A stretch of DNA of 63,951 bases, the filler included, from Octopus bimaculoides (Eukaryota), in NCBI RefSeq assembly GCF_001194135.2. It is 5 parts of 4 records of this genome, joined end to end, with 100 filler letters (N's around TTAATTAATTAA, not from the genome) between each part and the next. Parts side by side here need not be neighbours in the genome. Positions count along the whole stretch, not along the records: positions 1 to 31,427 come from NC_068989.1; 4 more parts are not named here. The stretch is one strand, 5' to 3'. Shown piece after piece: positions 13,173 through 26,320 of this stretch. The position numbers were made by a program, and so were the translations under genes. Within the stretch, counting starts at the first letter, position 1, and every line of letters begins with the position of its first letter. A model generated the notes under the pieces. The model did not search any database. It was given only the letters and a program-made list of their open reading frames with translations, and was not told the DNA's origin.

Positions 13173-14543
13173 TATCAGGTCCTCCCATAAATAATGTCTG
13201 AAATATATATGTAATTTCTAGTAAATTTTGCAGTATTCTAAAATGTCAAATGGTATTGATTGATACTCATATGAAATTGGAAACCTCTAATTTAATATAA
13301 TTTCTTTTTACAGAATAATCTGACTGAATTAATTACTAATATTAATGAACCTCTCAATGATGGATGTATTGAAGTAGCATTTAAGGCACATAGTGCTTTA
13401 TGAGTTCATAAATGGAAACAGTGCAGAAGAAGCAATCCAAACTATCCATTCTGCTTATGGAGAAGTGTGCTTGAATGAAAAAAGTTACAGGAAATTGTTT
13501 GCAAAGTTCAAAAGTGGTGATTTTCAGCTCAAGGGAGGGGCCATGAATAGGACGCCCTGTTGAATTTGATGATGATCTTCTTTTGTCAGAGATTGAGAGG
13601 GATAATACTGTGTCAGTTGAAGAATTGGCAAGCAAGCTCAATTCAAGCTATTCAACTGTTCACTGCCATCTTCAACAACTTGAAAAAATGTTCAAAATCA
13701 GAAAATGAATTCCCCATTATTTGACAGAAGCCAACTGAAAATCATGGGTGGCCATCTGCTCATCTCTTCACTCTCGTAACTATATCTCACCATTTTTGGA
13801 TAGACTAGTGACTGGTGAAAAAAAGTTACCTTCTCGAATCATGCCAACTCACAAGGGCTGGTTTCCTGGTGTATAAATTCCCACCTGGATAGGATGGTGG
13901 GGAACAATGGATTTTTTATGAAAATGTTAGATGACACAGGCATGGTTTAGTTGTGGAGAACAGGTTAAACCACAACCCAAAAAGGACTTCCATGCAAAAA
14001 AAGTTCTTCTTTCTGTTTGGTAGGATTGCCTTGCAGTCATCCACTTTGAGCTGCTATCAACTAATGCAACACTTACTGCTCACACTTATTACCAACAATG
14101 AGAGTGTTTGGATGTTGCTTCGAAGAAAAAAGGTCTTCTTTGGCGAATCGTAAGGGAGTGGAGTTTCATTGTGATAATGCAAGGTCTCACAGTGCAAAGA
14201 TTACATCAGAAAAAAATTGAAGAACTTGACTGGAAAAAAATCCCTCACCTGCCTAATTCTCTAGACCTTGCTCCTTCTGATTATCATTTGTTTTGAAGCT
14301 TACAGAATCATTTAGATGGATTAGTTCTCAAAAGCCCTAAAGAGGTCAAAACTGACCTCTCTTCTTTCTCATCAAAACCAAAAGAATTTTTCACCAATGG
14401 AATTAAAAAAACTGATGATTAGATGGAAGGATGTCATTAATAATGATGGAATTATATACAGAATTAAATTTTAATAAAATGTAAAATTAGATCACTTCTT
14501 TCTTTATCCAAAATTCGAACATTACTTATGGGATGACCTAATA
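13173..14543 (+). mobile_element. Tc1/mariner transposon, full-length but decayed
   Basis: TIRs tatcaggtcctcccataaataatg / cattacttatgggatgacctaata with TA ends. Transposase remnants: VLYEFINGNSAEEA...YG...FAKFKSGDF, RLVTGEKK, HCDNARSH, HLPNSLDLAPSDYHLF. Confidence 0.9.
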
Positions 14544-14825
14544 TTTATGTAGCAACTATAAGTGAATAAATAGAAAGGATATTGTATTTTATCAATACCA
14601 AGCAACAGTGGCATTGTCGAATAATTAAAGGGGGATGACATTACAGTATTATATAATTTTTTTATAATTAATGTTGTTATCAAAACAAACCAAATTTTAA
14701 TCAACATTACTGTCCATTCAGAACTACTATGAATTTCACAATGAAATTGTTTTCTTTTGCTCTTGAACTAAACTGAGTTCATAAAATAGAAATAGCAAGA
14801 ATTTTTTATTGCTGCATATATGGAA

Positions 14826-15664
14826 TATGAGGGGGTACCTGAAAGTAACCAGAAATGTTCTCTGTGTGACAAGCCCATTGTAGTTTGGGCTTCCGCTACT
14901 AGAAGCCACTTGATACAACCCTCAGGGATCAGTCTGCTAACCAGCATTGTTGGGTGAAGTTGTACTGCCATGTGGTGCATTTTGTTTTATAGTTTTCCTC
15001 CTCTGTTCGTCAGTTTTTGTGATGGTTGAAACGGAGGAACAGTGTGCTTCTGTGACATTCTGTTTTCTGCTGGGGAAAACAGTGGCTGAAGTAGTTGTCA
15101 TGCTTCAAACAACTTACAAGGATGCTGCCATGAGCAAAACACAAGTTTGCAAGTGATTTTCACACTTTAGGAATGGTCACTTGAAGACCAACCTCATTCA
15201 AAGCAACCATCAACTTCCAGAATGAATGAAAACATGAAAATCCATGAACTGATCTTGGAGGACTGTCACTGAACAATTGACGAACTTCTTGATATGATTG
15301 TTGTGTCCTGGATATGATTGTTGCTCATGGAAGATCAAAAGCAGTCATGACTGAATGCATGTCATGAACTAAAAGAACATTTGGGAAGTTGACCCGAACC
15401 TTTTTTCAAAGGTCATCACTGGTGACGAAAGTTGGTGCTACAGAATTTGCAGATGTGGAAGAAGTGAAGAAAAAATGATGGAGACATTTAAAGGTATCAC
15501 TTCGCAAGAGTTCCAGCACTGCTTCGAACAGTGGAAAACACATTTGGACCAATGCATTGCTTCAAATGGAGAATACTTTGAAGGCAATAAACGTGTAAAC
15601 ATGTAAAACTAAGTGAATAAAATAACATTACAAAATTCCAGTTTCTTTTGGGTGCCTCTTCGAA
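14826..15664 (+). mobile_element. Second mariner family (Himar/irritans-like), internally deleted
   Basis: TIRs tatgagggggtacctgaaagtaaccagaa / ttccagtttcttttgggtgcctcttcgaa. EQCASVTFCFLLGKTVAEVVVMLQTTYKDAAMSKTQV; ITGDESWCY. Confidence 0.85.
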
Positions 15665-15674
15665 TGTATACATC

Positions 15675-18260
15675 ATCGTCATTATCATCATTTAATATCT
15701 GTTTTCCAAGCTGGCATGAGTTGGACAGTTCAATAGGATCTGATGAACTGGAGAACTATATCATGCTCTAATGTCTTCTTTGGCATGGTTTCTCAGTATG
15801 CCTTCCCTGATGCTCCTTACAGACTGTATGGGGTGCTTTTTTCATGGCACCAGTATTAGGGCGGTTGCCATGCCACTTTCATGACTAAAGAGTCCTTTAG
15901 ACTAAGTGGGCATACAGTAGAGAGGCTGACAGTTTTATACTAGGTATTGAGAGGTTAAAGCATGAAGAAAAGGACAGGAGAAACATGGCAATTCACATTA
16001 TATAAAAGTGAATGTGAATATCTAGAGTAGAGATGGAAAGAGAGAGAAATCTGGTGGTAATGAAATATCTATTCATCTTATACCCATGGTACAAGGTGAA
16101 TAGAAGAGAGAGTGGGAACAGAAAATTGGGAAGGGTGAATGGAGAGAGGTTGCAACGGTATATGGGGAGAGTAAGGAATGATTAGAGATGGGGTGGGAAG
16201 GTGAATGTAATGAATGGGGGACCACATACTGCTAATCATCTCTCTCTTTTATCCTCTCCTCCATGAGGTTCGGCATACTGAGATGCTGAACCTCAGGGAG
16301 CATTTGACAAAAGACCACTTCATCTCTCTCTTCCACAAGCTCCATCCAAATTTAGCAAATGGTACTTCTTTATGCAGCTGTTATCATCCACAAGCATCAC
16401 ATATTTATATCACTGCAATCTTCCCTCTTGCACACTAAATATAGTTCCTCTTATGCCAGTTTCTCTCAACATATTTGCACTTTGTCATTCTTGCAAACTG
16501 GCATTGCACATCCAGCAGAGCATGATTTTAATTTCTCTGTTTTAGCAAATCCAATGCTACCAGGACCAACATCTCACTATCACATAGTATTGCAATGTGA
16601 TAGTGCCTTTCACTTTCAGAGGGAAACTTTTTGTTACCAACAGAAATATTAACTCTCTGAACTTTCTTCAACCTTCCCTTATTCTATCTCACTGCTACAC
16701 TTTCAAAACATCCTTCCTTGCTAATTAGGTCACCAAAGTAATAGAAGCAATCTACCAACTCTAGGGATCCTTAACCCTACTTCATGTGTGCTCTAAGTGT
16801 TTATTGTTCCTGTGCATCTGGTACATATGAAGTCTACTTTTTTATGTTATCTGCCCATAATACCATTGCATCTCTTGTATGTTTGCATTAAGTACATCAT
16901 ATGGGATTTCTATCAACTCCTTTTCTACAGATTGAGCAACACCATTTCCTTGATGGAAGTAGTGCCCCTGTCTGTTTTCTTAATTACTAAAACTATAATC
17001 TTTGATACATTAACTTTGAAGCCCTTTGATTCCAGGTTTTGCTTCCACAGCTGGAATTTCTTTCCTAATTTTACAACTGCAGCTATAAGAAGATCAGCAT
17101 ATAAGAATTTCCATGGACATCCAATTTTATACTTCTCTGTTAAAGCCTGGAGGACTATGATAAATAGCAGGGGGCTGAGAACCAAGCTCTGGTGAATTCA
17201 TACCTGCACATTTAATTTGTTGCTGTACTATGACTAACTCTCACCTTACTGACAGTACCCCTCTACATGGCTTGTAAGGCTTTCACAAGCCATTTATCTA
17301 CTCCTAGTTTCCTCAGTGACTATTGGACCACAGAGTAAGGGTCTCTATCAAAGGCTTTCTAGAAGATACTGAATACTAAGTACAGTATTTTAGCTAAATA
17401 CATTTCCTGCAGATACCTCATTAGGAAGACAGTATCAGTCATACTTTTCCAGACACAAATCTGAACTTATTAATTCTTTCCTTAATTGAGCTATAACTCT
17501 TTCTGTAACTTTCATGACCTGGTCCAGCAGTATGATACCTCTCTCTTTAAGGCATCTCTTATACCCTTGTAACAGTTGACTATGATGCCGCTCAGTTAGT
17601 CACTGGGTATGACACCTTCCTGTACAATCTGATTGAATATACAAGCAACTAGATTGTATGGTCAACCAATTGCCAAATATTTTAAGCCTTTCAGCAGTAA
17701 TTCCTGATGGTCCATGAGCTTTTCCTGACTTAATATTCTTAAATGTTTAATCTATCATACTGCTGTCTATAAGAATGACTAGTCCACATTAGGAAGACCT
17801 TTTTCTCTCATGCATCTTTCATGTTTAACAGCACTTCAACACCTCTTTCTTTTCAGAATTACTAAGTGCAAGTGTAGCATTATCCATCCACACACTCCTT
17901 TCCTACAATGTTTCTATTGTCTCTAATACACAGACTTGTAATCTGGAACACCTCAAACTTCTGGCTATGTTTCAGAACATTAGCAATCCTCTTATTTTCA
18001 CCTTCTTCCCTTGCTAAATAAATTTCTTGCTGAGCTTTCTTCTAGCTACTTAGTTAATGCCCTGCTACTTCATTTTTCCAAACTTTCCAAGCCTGTCTCC
18101 TTACTTTTATGATTCTGTGTGCTTCACTGTTCCATCACTATTTCACTCTTGATCTAGTTGAAACCTTGCACCAGTCACACATTTGTTCTATAGCCCTAAG
18201 TAGGTTGTCTTGTAGGAACTTCCAGGTGTCTTTTATGCTATATGCCTGTAAGACACCTAC
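15675..18260 (-). mobile_element. RTE-clade LINE, decayed (RT through 3' UTR and (GAT)n tail)
   Basis: VLSPLLFIIVLQALTE..IGCPWKFLYAD-L (16925-17185); IIVNCYKG..DAL...LLDQVMKVTERVI (~17500-17600). The tail at 15675-15870 is the reverse complement of the (GAT)n-ended family. Confidence 0.85.
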
Positions 18261-18368
18261 AATGGTTTGTTCTGCTTTCATATATATATATATATATATT
18301 TATATAGATAGGGTGATAAATTGAATTCAAATTAAAACCAAGTGGCCTAGCATATAAAAAAATCTGAA

Positions 18369-18413
<45 letters not shown>

Positions 18414-18689
18414 TATATTATCTGTAATGTATAGTATTAAATATCCATCATGGCTGATCTTTAAGTGACTCACGCGCATATATTTTGGGATGGTCATCTT
18501 TTTTTTTTTTACTTGACAAATAAACACGCACACTATATATTTGTCCTTTGTTCTTATTTTATCATATGTCCATTGTCTTGAAATCTTTTGTCACACATCT
18601 GTGACCTCTTATGCTACTCTTCCATCCATGTGTATCCTCCTGTTCTGTTTAGTCCCTTCTGTATTTCTATGACGTGTATCCTTATCTGT

Positions 18690-19470
18690 GCATGTATTTG
18701 CATCTGTATCTGTGTGTGTGCATGCGTGTGCACATGTCTATGTGTTTTGTATGTGTATTTGTGTGTGTGTTTATATGGGTTTGCTTACTATATTGTTTGT
18801 ATCCATGCCCTTTATATAGTTGTTGTTACCATTATTGTTGTTGTTCTAAGTGGTACCAATACTTGATATGTTGATCCACCCCTCACTTACATTTTCTCTT
18901 CTGTTATTGCTGCTGCTGTTCTTGACCTTATTTTGATTCGTTCTTGTATCTTTCTGTGTTTGTGTGTTCGTTCATGTTGTTGCCATCATGGTTGTTGTTG
19001 TTTGTGTTGTTGCAGCCATTTGTGAAGTTACTGTATGTGAGTTTGCGTGTGTATATGGGTCTGCTTACTATATTGTTTGTATCTGTACCATTTATATAGC
19101 TTTTTTTGTTTACTTATTTATCTTTATCTCTATTTCTTATATTTCATCATAAGTATGTGCATGCTTGTCTTTTGTGTGTTTATCATACTGTTTGTATGTT
19201 TTTTGTTTGTTTTTCCCTTCTGTCTTTAGTAGTTGTATTGCATGGTGTGATGGTGGTGGGTGTTATTGTTCTATTTGTGTTTTCTGTTGAGGCTTGGTGT
19301 GTCTGTTACTATGTGTGTGGTCTCTGTAATCTGTCTGAGTGGCATGTCTGTTCTTATGTGTGTGTGATCTTATATATATATGTGTATGTGTGTGTGTATG
19401 TGGCAAACATATGCATGTATGTGCATGTCTTCTTACACACACACACACACACACACACATACATGCATGT
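18690..19470. repeat. (GT)/(GTT)-rich low-complexity block
   Basis: Degenerate TGTG and GTTGTT runs. Confidence 0.85.
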
Positions 19471-19687
19471 GTTTGCCATCATCCATGGAAACTAACTCTA
19501 ATAGTATACTGTTCATGTTCTAAGGACTCAGGGAAATATCTTGCTTGGGAACAAGTGAGGGTTGGCAACAGGAAGGCATTCAATTGTAGAAAATCTGCAT
19601 CAATGAATTTCATCTGATCCATGCAAGCAGACACTAACACACACAATTGCATTTAAACACATACAATAAATATACAAATTTATTTAC

Positions 19688-19813
19688 TTGTCAAAAGAGA
19701 TTCCCATGAGATTAACTCCATTAATCTCAACAATGCGATCATCTGGCTTAAGCCTTCCATCACAACTGATTTTACTGCCAGGTTCAATACTTTGCACAAG
19801 AAGACCAGTTTCC
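19688..19813 (-). CDS. PARD3: Par-3 exon, PDZ1 middle: ETGLLVQSIEPGSKISCDGRLKPDDRIVEINGVNLMGISFD
   Basis: Acceptor ttttgttggtttccag, donor AA|gtaaat. 126 nt, phase 2-2. DGRLKPDDRIVEING PDZ motif. Confidence 0.95.
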
Positions 19814-20376
19814 CTGGAAACCAACAAAATAAGACTTATGTATGTGTGTGAAAAAAAATAAAACAAATGAATGAACATAGTTTTTTAAATAGGGTTCCCA
19901 GATCATGTATGAAAACCACATGACTTCTTAATTCTTTATATTATAATGCTTTAGAGCTTCATCATATTCCTCTTTAATAATGGAAAAGGTATGTTTTCTT
20001 TATTCCTTTAGAACTTCCAATTGCTTCTCTGGTGTGTTATTTTAAAGCTTACCTTGATTTTTGTTTATGCAGTTTATTGGGATAGTATTTCAACAGAAAA
20101 GTTTACCAGTCTTTGTTTTCTCTTATCTGTTAATAAGACTATGGGCAAAGTCAATCTTAAAACAATGACAACATTTGTAGTCTTTTAATGTAATCTTAGA
20201 TTGTCAGATTAACAAAATTGGTTGGTAACAGAGTTATCTAACAGTCTTGGGGTTTCAAATGCTCATTGTCTTTCTTGCTTTGACTAAGCCACTAAAAAGC
20301 AAAAAAAATCAGCTTTAACTATTTATGGTGAACAATTGAGAAATATCCTGAAAGATGCAAATCTTACTAATAAAGT

Positions 20377-21401
20377 TTAACCCTTTCGTTAATATATTTC
20401 TGACCAAAATACACCCCTCATGAGTTTCAATTAAATTCTAAAGTAATCATGAATTTAGACTAATCTCATTAAACACCTGTAACTTTTTTATTTATCAACA
20501 TATTAATGTGATATTTGGAACATAATTAAAGAAAGGGTTCTTAATCAATTCTATTGCATAATTTTTGTCTCTGGGGTACTGCTAGTGTCTCTCACATGTA
20601 AATATTGGTTCAGCTTCACAAATCGTACTCGTTCATAATACTGGAAATATAGTCATCGCCAAAAGGTTCCTGATCGCTCTAGTAATTTGTTATTCTGGGA
20701 AACTGTCTAATACCCATAATAATATTTATGGCAAAAAATGCCCGTATTTCATCTACAGTTGCAGGAAACTACAAGCTATCTTTTTTTCTGGCTTGTTTAC
20801 ATTCTGCGTAACGGTTTGTTTCCGCAGTAATCATTTCAAACAAGCATGAAAAAGGAGTCTTAAGGTTTCACTTCCTGAGAAAGACTATGGGTAGACCCTG
20901 TTTCCTCAGAAAAATTGTTAATAAAAATATNNNNNNNNNNTGTTGCCGTCGCTGCTTTCAGAGTTGCTGCTTTCAGAGTTGCTGCTTTCAGTTTCGGATA
21001 CAGAAATATCCGATTCATTATTGTTCACCACGTGCTTTTGTAGCTCATTCATTCTTTTCTTCGATATCTCCATATCTTCTGTTGAAAAACCTTCAAATTC
21101 GGAATCACTGCTTGATAGCATGAAAGTCTTCTCCATCTTCAAAGTTGAAAAAATTTAACGCCGCAAAAAATGTGGAAAAAAAATCTTCCAAAATTCACTG
21201 AGTTCAAATATCATACCCAAACAATGTCGGAGACAATAACTCAACTGTTTGCAAAGTGAAATCAGGTGTTTTAACGAATGTACTAACGAGATTTGGATTC
21301 AAATATACATTTAAATAACAATGGGTACGCTCGGCCGGCTAGTCTTATGAACCAAAAAAATTTTCGGCTGGCTACAGCTGGGTTAGTAACAAAAGGGTTA
21401 A
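20377..21401 (-). mobile_element. piggyBac deletion derivative
   Basis: TTAA target duplications at 20377-20380 and 21398-21401. TIRs ccctttcgtta / taacaaaaggg. Acidic N-terminal ORF MEKTFMLSSSDSEFEGFSTEDME (20918-21142). Confidence 0.8.
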
Positions 21402-22567
21402 AGCTTTCATGTGGTAAAAGTGGATAGCACAAGCACTTATAACATTTTAGAGAATGGAGAAAATCAGTTATATTATCTGGCTGGTCAAGTCTAAGGTCAC
21501 CTACTAGATATTTCATTGACTAAAACTCACTGCTGCTATAAAAGAATCCTTTATAAAATACATACTACAGAATACATTCTATATTATAAAATATTTAAAA
21601 TAAAGGAAGACGAAGGACATGAAAATTTATATCTATATAATGTAATCGTATTATATCTAGCTTCTGGAATCAAGGAAATGGCAACATAGTTCAGAAATCA
21701 GGGGTGGCTTAGGATAGTTCATTGTGGCTGTAAGGGTGGTGTTATCTTCCTTCAGTGCGAACCTGAACTGTAACATTTAGTAAGAACCCTAAAATCTGGT
21801 AATGTTTAACAATAAATGTTATTAACCTTACACTACTAATTTACATAAACATCTCTCAACTTAAAATAGCGAAAGAAGAATTAAAAACTAGAAGTTAGTT
21901 AAAGAGTATGTGCAGAGTGTAAGTAGCAATAATAGTGTTAGAAGAAGCAGAGGAACCAAACACTGACAGTTTCTAGTCAGAAGGAATTCTTCTAAATGTA
22001 TTTTGAGAACAGAGTTTGTCTCCATAACATATTTGGAACATTAACTGTTGCCAAGAACTGAAATATTTCTTAGTTCTGAAAAGAAGGCAAATCATTGATG
22101 CAGCTTTAGTAATGTTGAAAGACTGCTAAGGATATAATAGTCAACACTATTTTAAGTTTATAAAATTTGGTAGTGTGAAGTAGCTCTTTTTCCAAGAAAT
22201 AAGTAACATTTGTGCTTTAAAATTGTTAAGCATTATTAGATTTTGGAGTCCCTATTGAATAATACAGTTTAGGTTCTCACTGATGAAATAGGTCAATGTC
22301 AAGCAATACTAATATTATGTTATATATAATGTTATATACTGAACTTGAAGAAAAAGGTGAGCAGTTTGTTTGATCATCTGTATAAGAGTGAAATGAGTTA
22401 AAGGCAACTGAAAAAAGGGTAACTGATAATGAGCATAGTCACAAAGTTAAAATATTCCTGTGGACTAAAATGAATGAATATATATATTTTTCAAATTGAG
22501 TTAACTAGATCATGCATGGAATGCAGCAATATTCTTCATATTTTAGTACTGAGAATGAAATGGCAAT

Positions 22568-22786
22568 ATTCTTTTCTACTCTAGGCACAAGGCCCGAAAT
22601 ATTTGGGGAGGGGAACAGCTGATTAGATCAACCCTAGTATGCAACTGGTACTTAATTTATTAACCCCGAAAGGATGAAAGGCAAAGTTGACCTAGGTGGA
22701 ATTTGAACTCAGAACATAAAGACATGACGAAATACTGATAAGCATTTCGTCCGGTGTGCTAACATTTCTGCCAGCTCGCCGCCTTA
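22568..22786 (-). mobile_element. SINE family C (taaggcggcgagctggcagaa... head)
   Basis: Reverse complement of the copies at 53036-53965 and 63204-63500 (ttctgagttcaaattcc, ctttcatcctttcgggg). Confidence 0.8.
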
Positions 22787-23225
22787 AAAAGATTCAGATG
22801 CAGGACTTCAATTTTTAGCATAATTCATAGTAAGGAGCTTTAGTCTCAGTCAAAAGATTTGCATACCACACTTTGTCAAATGCTTTACTAATATCAACTA
22901 AAATTGCTCACATTCATTATGGTCTTCAAATACCTGAGACTATTGGTGTGTCACACAGGAGAAAAGAATACAAGTGAATTATTCTGATGCTGGAGATAAG
23001 AGTGATATATCAATAATTAGCATACATCCAAGATGTTCCAAGAGAGGAAGTAGCTGAACGGATTAAAATATTGGTTCAGTAGCAGAAAACTGATAAAAAT
23101 GTTATACAGCTTTAGCAAAGATTACACTGTTTAATCATTAGACTAAATATAGAATTTTCATTCTTTTATTCTAAGAGACATACAACTATGTGATGTTATA
23201 CTTAAAACAAGTTCAATGTACTTAC

Positions 23226-23309
23226 TTTTCATCCTCATCATAATCTGGTAGGACATGAATCCCAAGAGGCTCACCATCATTTTTCAAAGTTACAATAATT
23301 TCAAGTTCT
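23226..23309 (-). CDS. PARD3: Par-3 exon, PDZ1 N-terminal part: ELEIIVTLKNDGEPLGIHVLPDYDEDE
   Basis: Acceptor cattacag, donor AA|gtaagt. 84 nt, phase 2-2. NDGEPLGIHV matches the Par-3 PDZ1 carboxylate-binding loop (human NDGGPLGIHV, recalled). Not in the ORF track. Confidence 0.95.
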
Positions 23310-23390
23310 CTGTAATGATTTATATTTGAGCAAATGAAAACTAATCATTTCTAGTTAACATTTAGTTTAAAACATAAAAACAAATTCAAT

Positions 23391-25142
23391 TACTGGGTCA
23401 TCTCATAAATAATGCAATTTTTTTAATACTTTTATTTTTCAAAATTAAGATAAACAAAATTCTTTTTTAATCTAAACTATACTCTCCATCATTTTCTACA
23501 AGGCTTTCCCATCTATCTAATAGACTTGCAAGGCCCCTCTTCCAAAATTCACTTATCCGTGACAAAAAATACTCCTTCAGTACTGTTCTGACCTTACTCT
23601 TTTTACTCTTTTAATTGTTTCAGTCATTTGACTGCGGCCATGCTGGGGCACCGCCTTTAGTCAAGCAAATTGACCCCAGGACTTATTTTTGTAAGCCTAG
23701 TACTTATTCTATCGGTCTCTTTTGCCGAACCGCTAAGTTACAGGGACGTAAACACACCAGCATTGGTTGTCAAGCGAAGATGGGGAGACAAACACAGACA
23801 CACNNNNNNNNNNNNNNNNNNNNNNNNNNNNNNNNNNNNNNNNNNNNNNNNNNNNNNNNNNACACACATATACACACATACATACATATATATATACACG
23901 ACGGGCTTCTTTCAGTTTCCGTCTACCAAATCCACTCACAAGGTTTTGGTCTGCCTGAGGCTATAGTAGAAGACACTTGCCCAAGGTGCCACGCAGTGGG
24001 ACTGAACCCAGAACCATGTGGTTGGTAAGCAAGCTACTTACCACACAACCACTTCTGCGCCTTGTCTACAAAATTTATATTTTTTCCGTCCAAATGATTT
24101 TGAAGACTGCAGAATAAATTATAACCAAATGGGGCAATGTCTGGCGATTATGGTGGGTGGAGCATTGTTTGCTATTCAAACTGCTCCAGCCTTTGGAATG
24201 TCATGCTCACTGTATGTGGCCAAATAATGTTCTGATGGAATAACACCTTTCGTCTTGAAACCAAAGATGGTTGTTTTTCTTCAAGTGCTGACTTAAGCCG
24301 CCCAAGCTGCTTGCAGTAGATCTCCTTTGTTATTGCTTGGTTTGGGTTTAAAAGTTCGAAGTGGACTAAATCTTTCATATCCTACCAAAAAGATAACAAC
24401 ACCATATGTGGGAGAAGACCTTCTTTAGCCTGGGGTGCCAGTGTTTCTCCTTTTCCTACCCATTGTCTTTGGCACTTGACATTTTTCTAGAGAACTTCTT
24501 GTCACCAGTCACTAATTCCATCCAAAAAAGGTTCATTTGTGAGACGTGACAGCAAAGAACAGCACACATTCACTTCCTGCACTTGATTAGACATGGAAAG
24601 TTTGTGAGGAACCCAATGACCCAATTTACTGACTTTTCCGATGGCATGCAGGTGTCAATGAATGGCTGAATGACCAAATCCAAGCTTCTCTGCTAGTTCC
24701 TCAACAGTTATGATGGGATTTGGTTCCACCAGGGTTTGCAGGATGTCCTTGTTGAGCTCTACAGATCTTCCAGGATGTGGCTTGTCTTCTAGGCTGTAGT
24801 TTCCGGCTCGGGATTTCTGGAACCACTGTTGACACTGGCTTACACTTATTGTCTGTTCCCATATACTCCATTAATACTCCTTACACTTTCTGTTGCATTG
24901 TTGCCTTTATTGAATTCACAATGCAAAGTGTTGAATATGCTCCTTTGTTACTTCCATTATAGCATTGAAAAAATAACTGCTAAAATTCAACTTCACTCTT
25001 CAAAACTTGCACTAAGAATAAGGGCAAGGTAAAATTACTACCTGCTTTTATAGCAAGTTGATGCAGGTAGTTTATCCTGTCCCCCTCCAACTTTTAGCTC
25101 ATGCAATTGAAAAAACCGCATTACTTATGGGATGACCCAATA
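23391..25142 (-). mobile_element. Tc1/mariner transposon, decayed, interrupted by a SINE
   Basis: TIRs tactgggtcatctcataaataatgc (23391) and gcattacttatgggatgacccaata (ends 25142). MEVTKEHIQH...EFNKGNNATES...QWFQK; FELLNPNQAITKEIYCKQL...HQNIIWPH. Confidence 0.85.
23594..24062 (-). mobile_element. tRNA-derived SINE family A, full length
   Basis: Minus-strand head aggcgcagaagtggttgtgtggtaag with A/B-box-like motifs (gggttcagtccc), central microsatellite and (AAGAGTAA)n-like tail. Confidence 0.9.
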
Positions 25143-25188
25143 TTTAAGCTGTGATACCAATTGATTCAATTTCAGAATTCTCCAATGG

Positions 25189-25571
25189 TTGTTGGCACTC
25201 CGTCACTTACGACGTTGAGGGTTCCAGTTGATCCGATCAATGGAACAGCCTGCTCATGAAATTAACGTGCAAGTGGCTGAGCACTCCACAGACACGTGTA
25301 CCCTTAATGTAGTTCTTGGGGATATTCAGCGTGACACAGTGTGACAAGGCTGACCCTTTGAATTACAGGTACAACAGAAACAGGGAGTAAAAGTGAGAGA
25401 AAGTTGTGGTGAAAGAGTACAGCAGGGTTTGCCACCATCCCCTGTCGGAGTCTCGTGGAGCTTTAGGTGTTTTCGCTCAATAAACACTCTCAACGCCCGG
25501 TCTGGGAATCGAAACCGCGATCCTATGACTGCGAGTTCGCTGCCCTAACCACTGGGCCATTGCGCCTCCAC
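25189..25571 (-). mobile_element. tRNA-derived SINE family B, full length, with 10-bp TSD
   Basis: Head tggaggcgcaatggcccagtggttagggcagc...gtttcgattccc. TSD tctccaatgg at 25179-25188 and 25572-25581. Confidence 0.92.
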
Positions 25572-26169
25572 TCTCCAATGGATATAAGCAATAAAATTTT
25601 CCAAATCTTAAAACTTATAAAGGTTATTTAAAAATTCCTTCTTAATGGAGAGCAACTGAGATGTAAGTGGTAAACAATATTGGACAGTTTTATACAGATA
25701 TATTTTATAACTCATAAAAAACAATAATAGTAATAGGCTTGTTATTTGCTGAACCATGCTCATAATAGACGCTTCGGGTGTTTTTACAATAGAAGATTTG
25801 AACCTACAAGCACATTGTCAAATAATCAGTCAAAGCATATGAGGTAATGTAATGACTGGCTTTACACCAATCTGTCATAGTATATACAGATACAGAGGCC
25901 AGGGCCACTAGTAGCTGCCATATTTTGGGGCAGATGCACACAAGGTTTTGAGTGCAGATTTCCATGTTCCCACACACTGTTACTGTAGTCATTGACTCTA
26001 TGTTAGCCTCACCTATCCATTTGGCAGCTTGTTTTTATCTTGCTGGGTTTCTAATGACACCACTCACCTAGACAGCCTGGTAAGGGTGCTGATCTAGTCA
26101 TTGATGACCCAACCATATAATAGATTCTGCTGGATTACATGCTACCAGTAGCACTGAGAGTAACCTGGC

Positions 26170-26320
26170 TGTTGCATCCTCAAATAAAACAATGAATTCT
26201 TTCTATAACCAGCTAAAATCTCTTATTGACAGAATCCTTTGACAGAACATACTTATCATTGCCAGTGACTGGTATGCCAAAGCAGGAAAGCATGATAATA
26301 TCTATTCTAAGTAATTTCAG
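26170..26320 (+). mobile_element. Degenerate APE-endonuclease fragment of an RTE-like LINE
   Basis: FYNQLKSLIDRI...ILIIASDWYAKAG resembles the FY..L...I...ILII.GD.NAKVG motif. Confidence 0.5.

Noticed and set aside
25490-25571. tRNA-like sequence (also ~56570-56649)
   Set aside because: It is the tRNA-derived head of a SINE, continuous with the SINE body and bounded by a TSD; not a tRNA gene.
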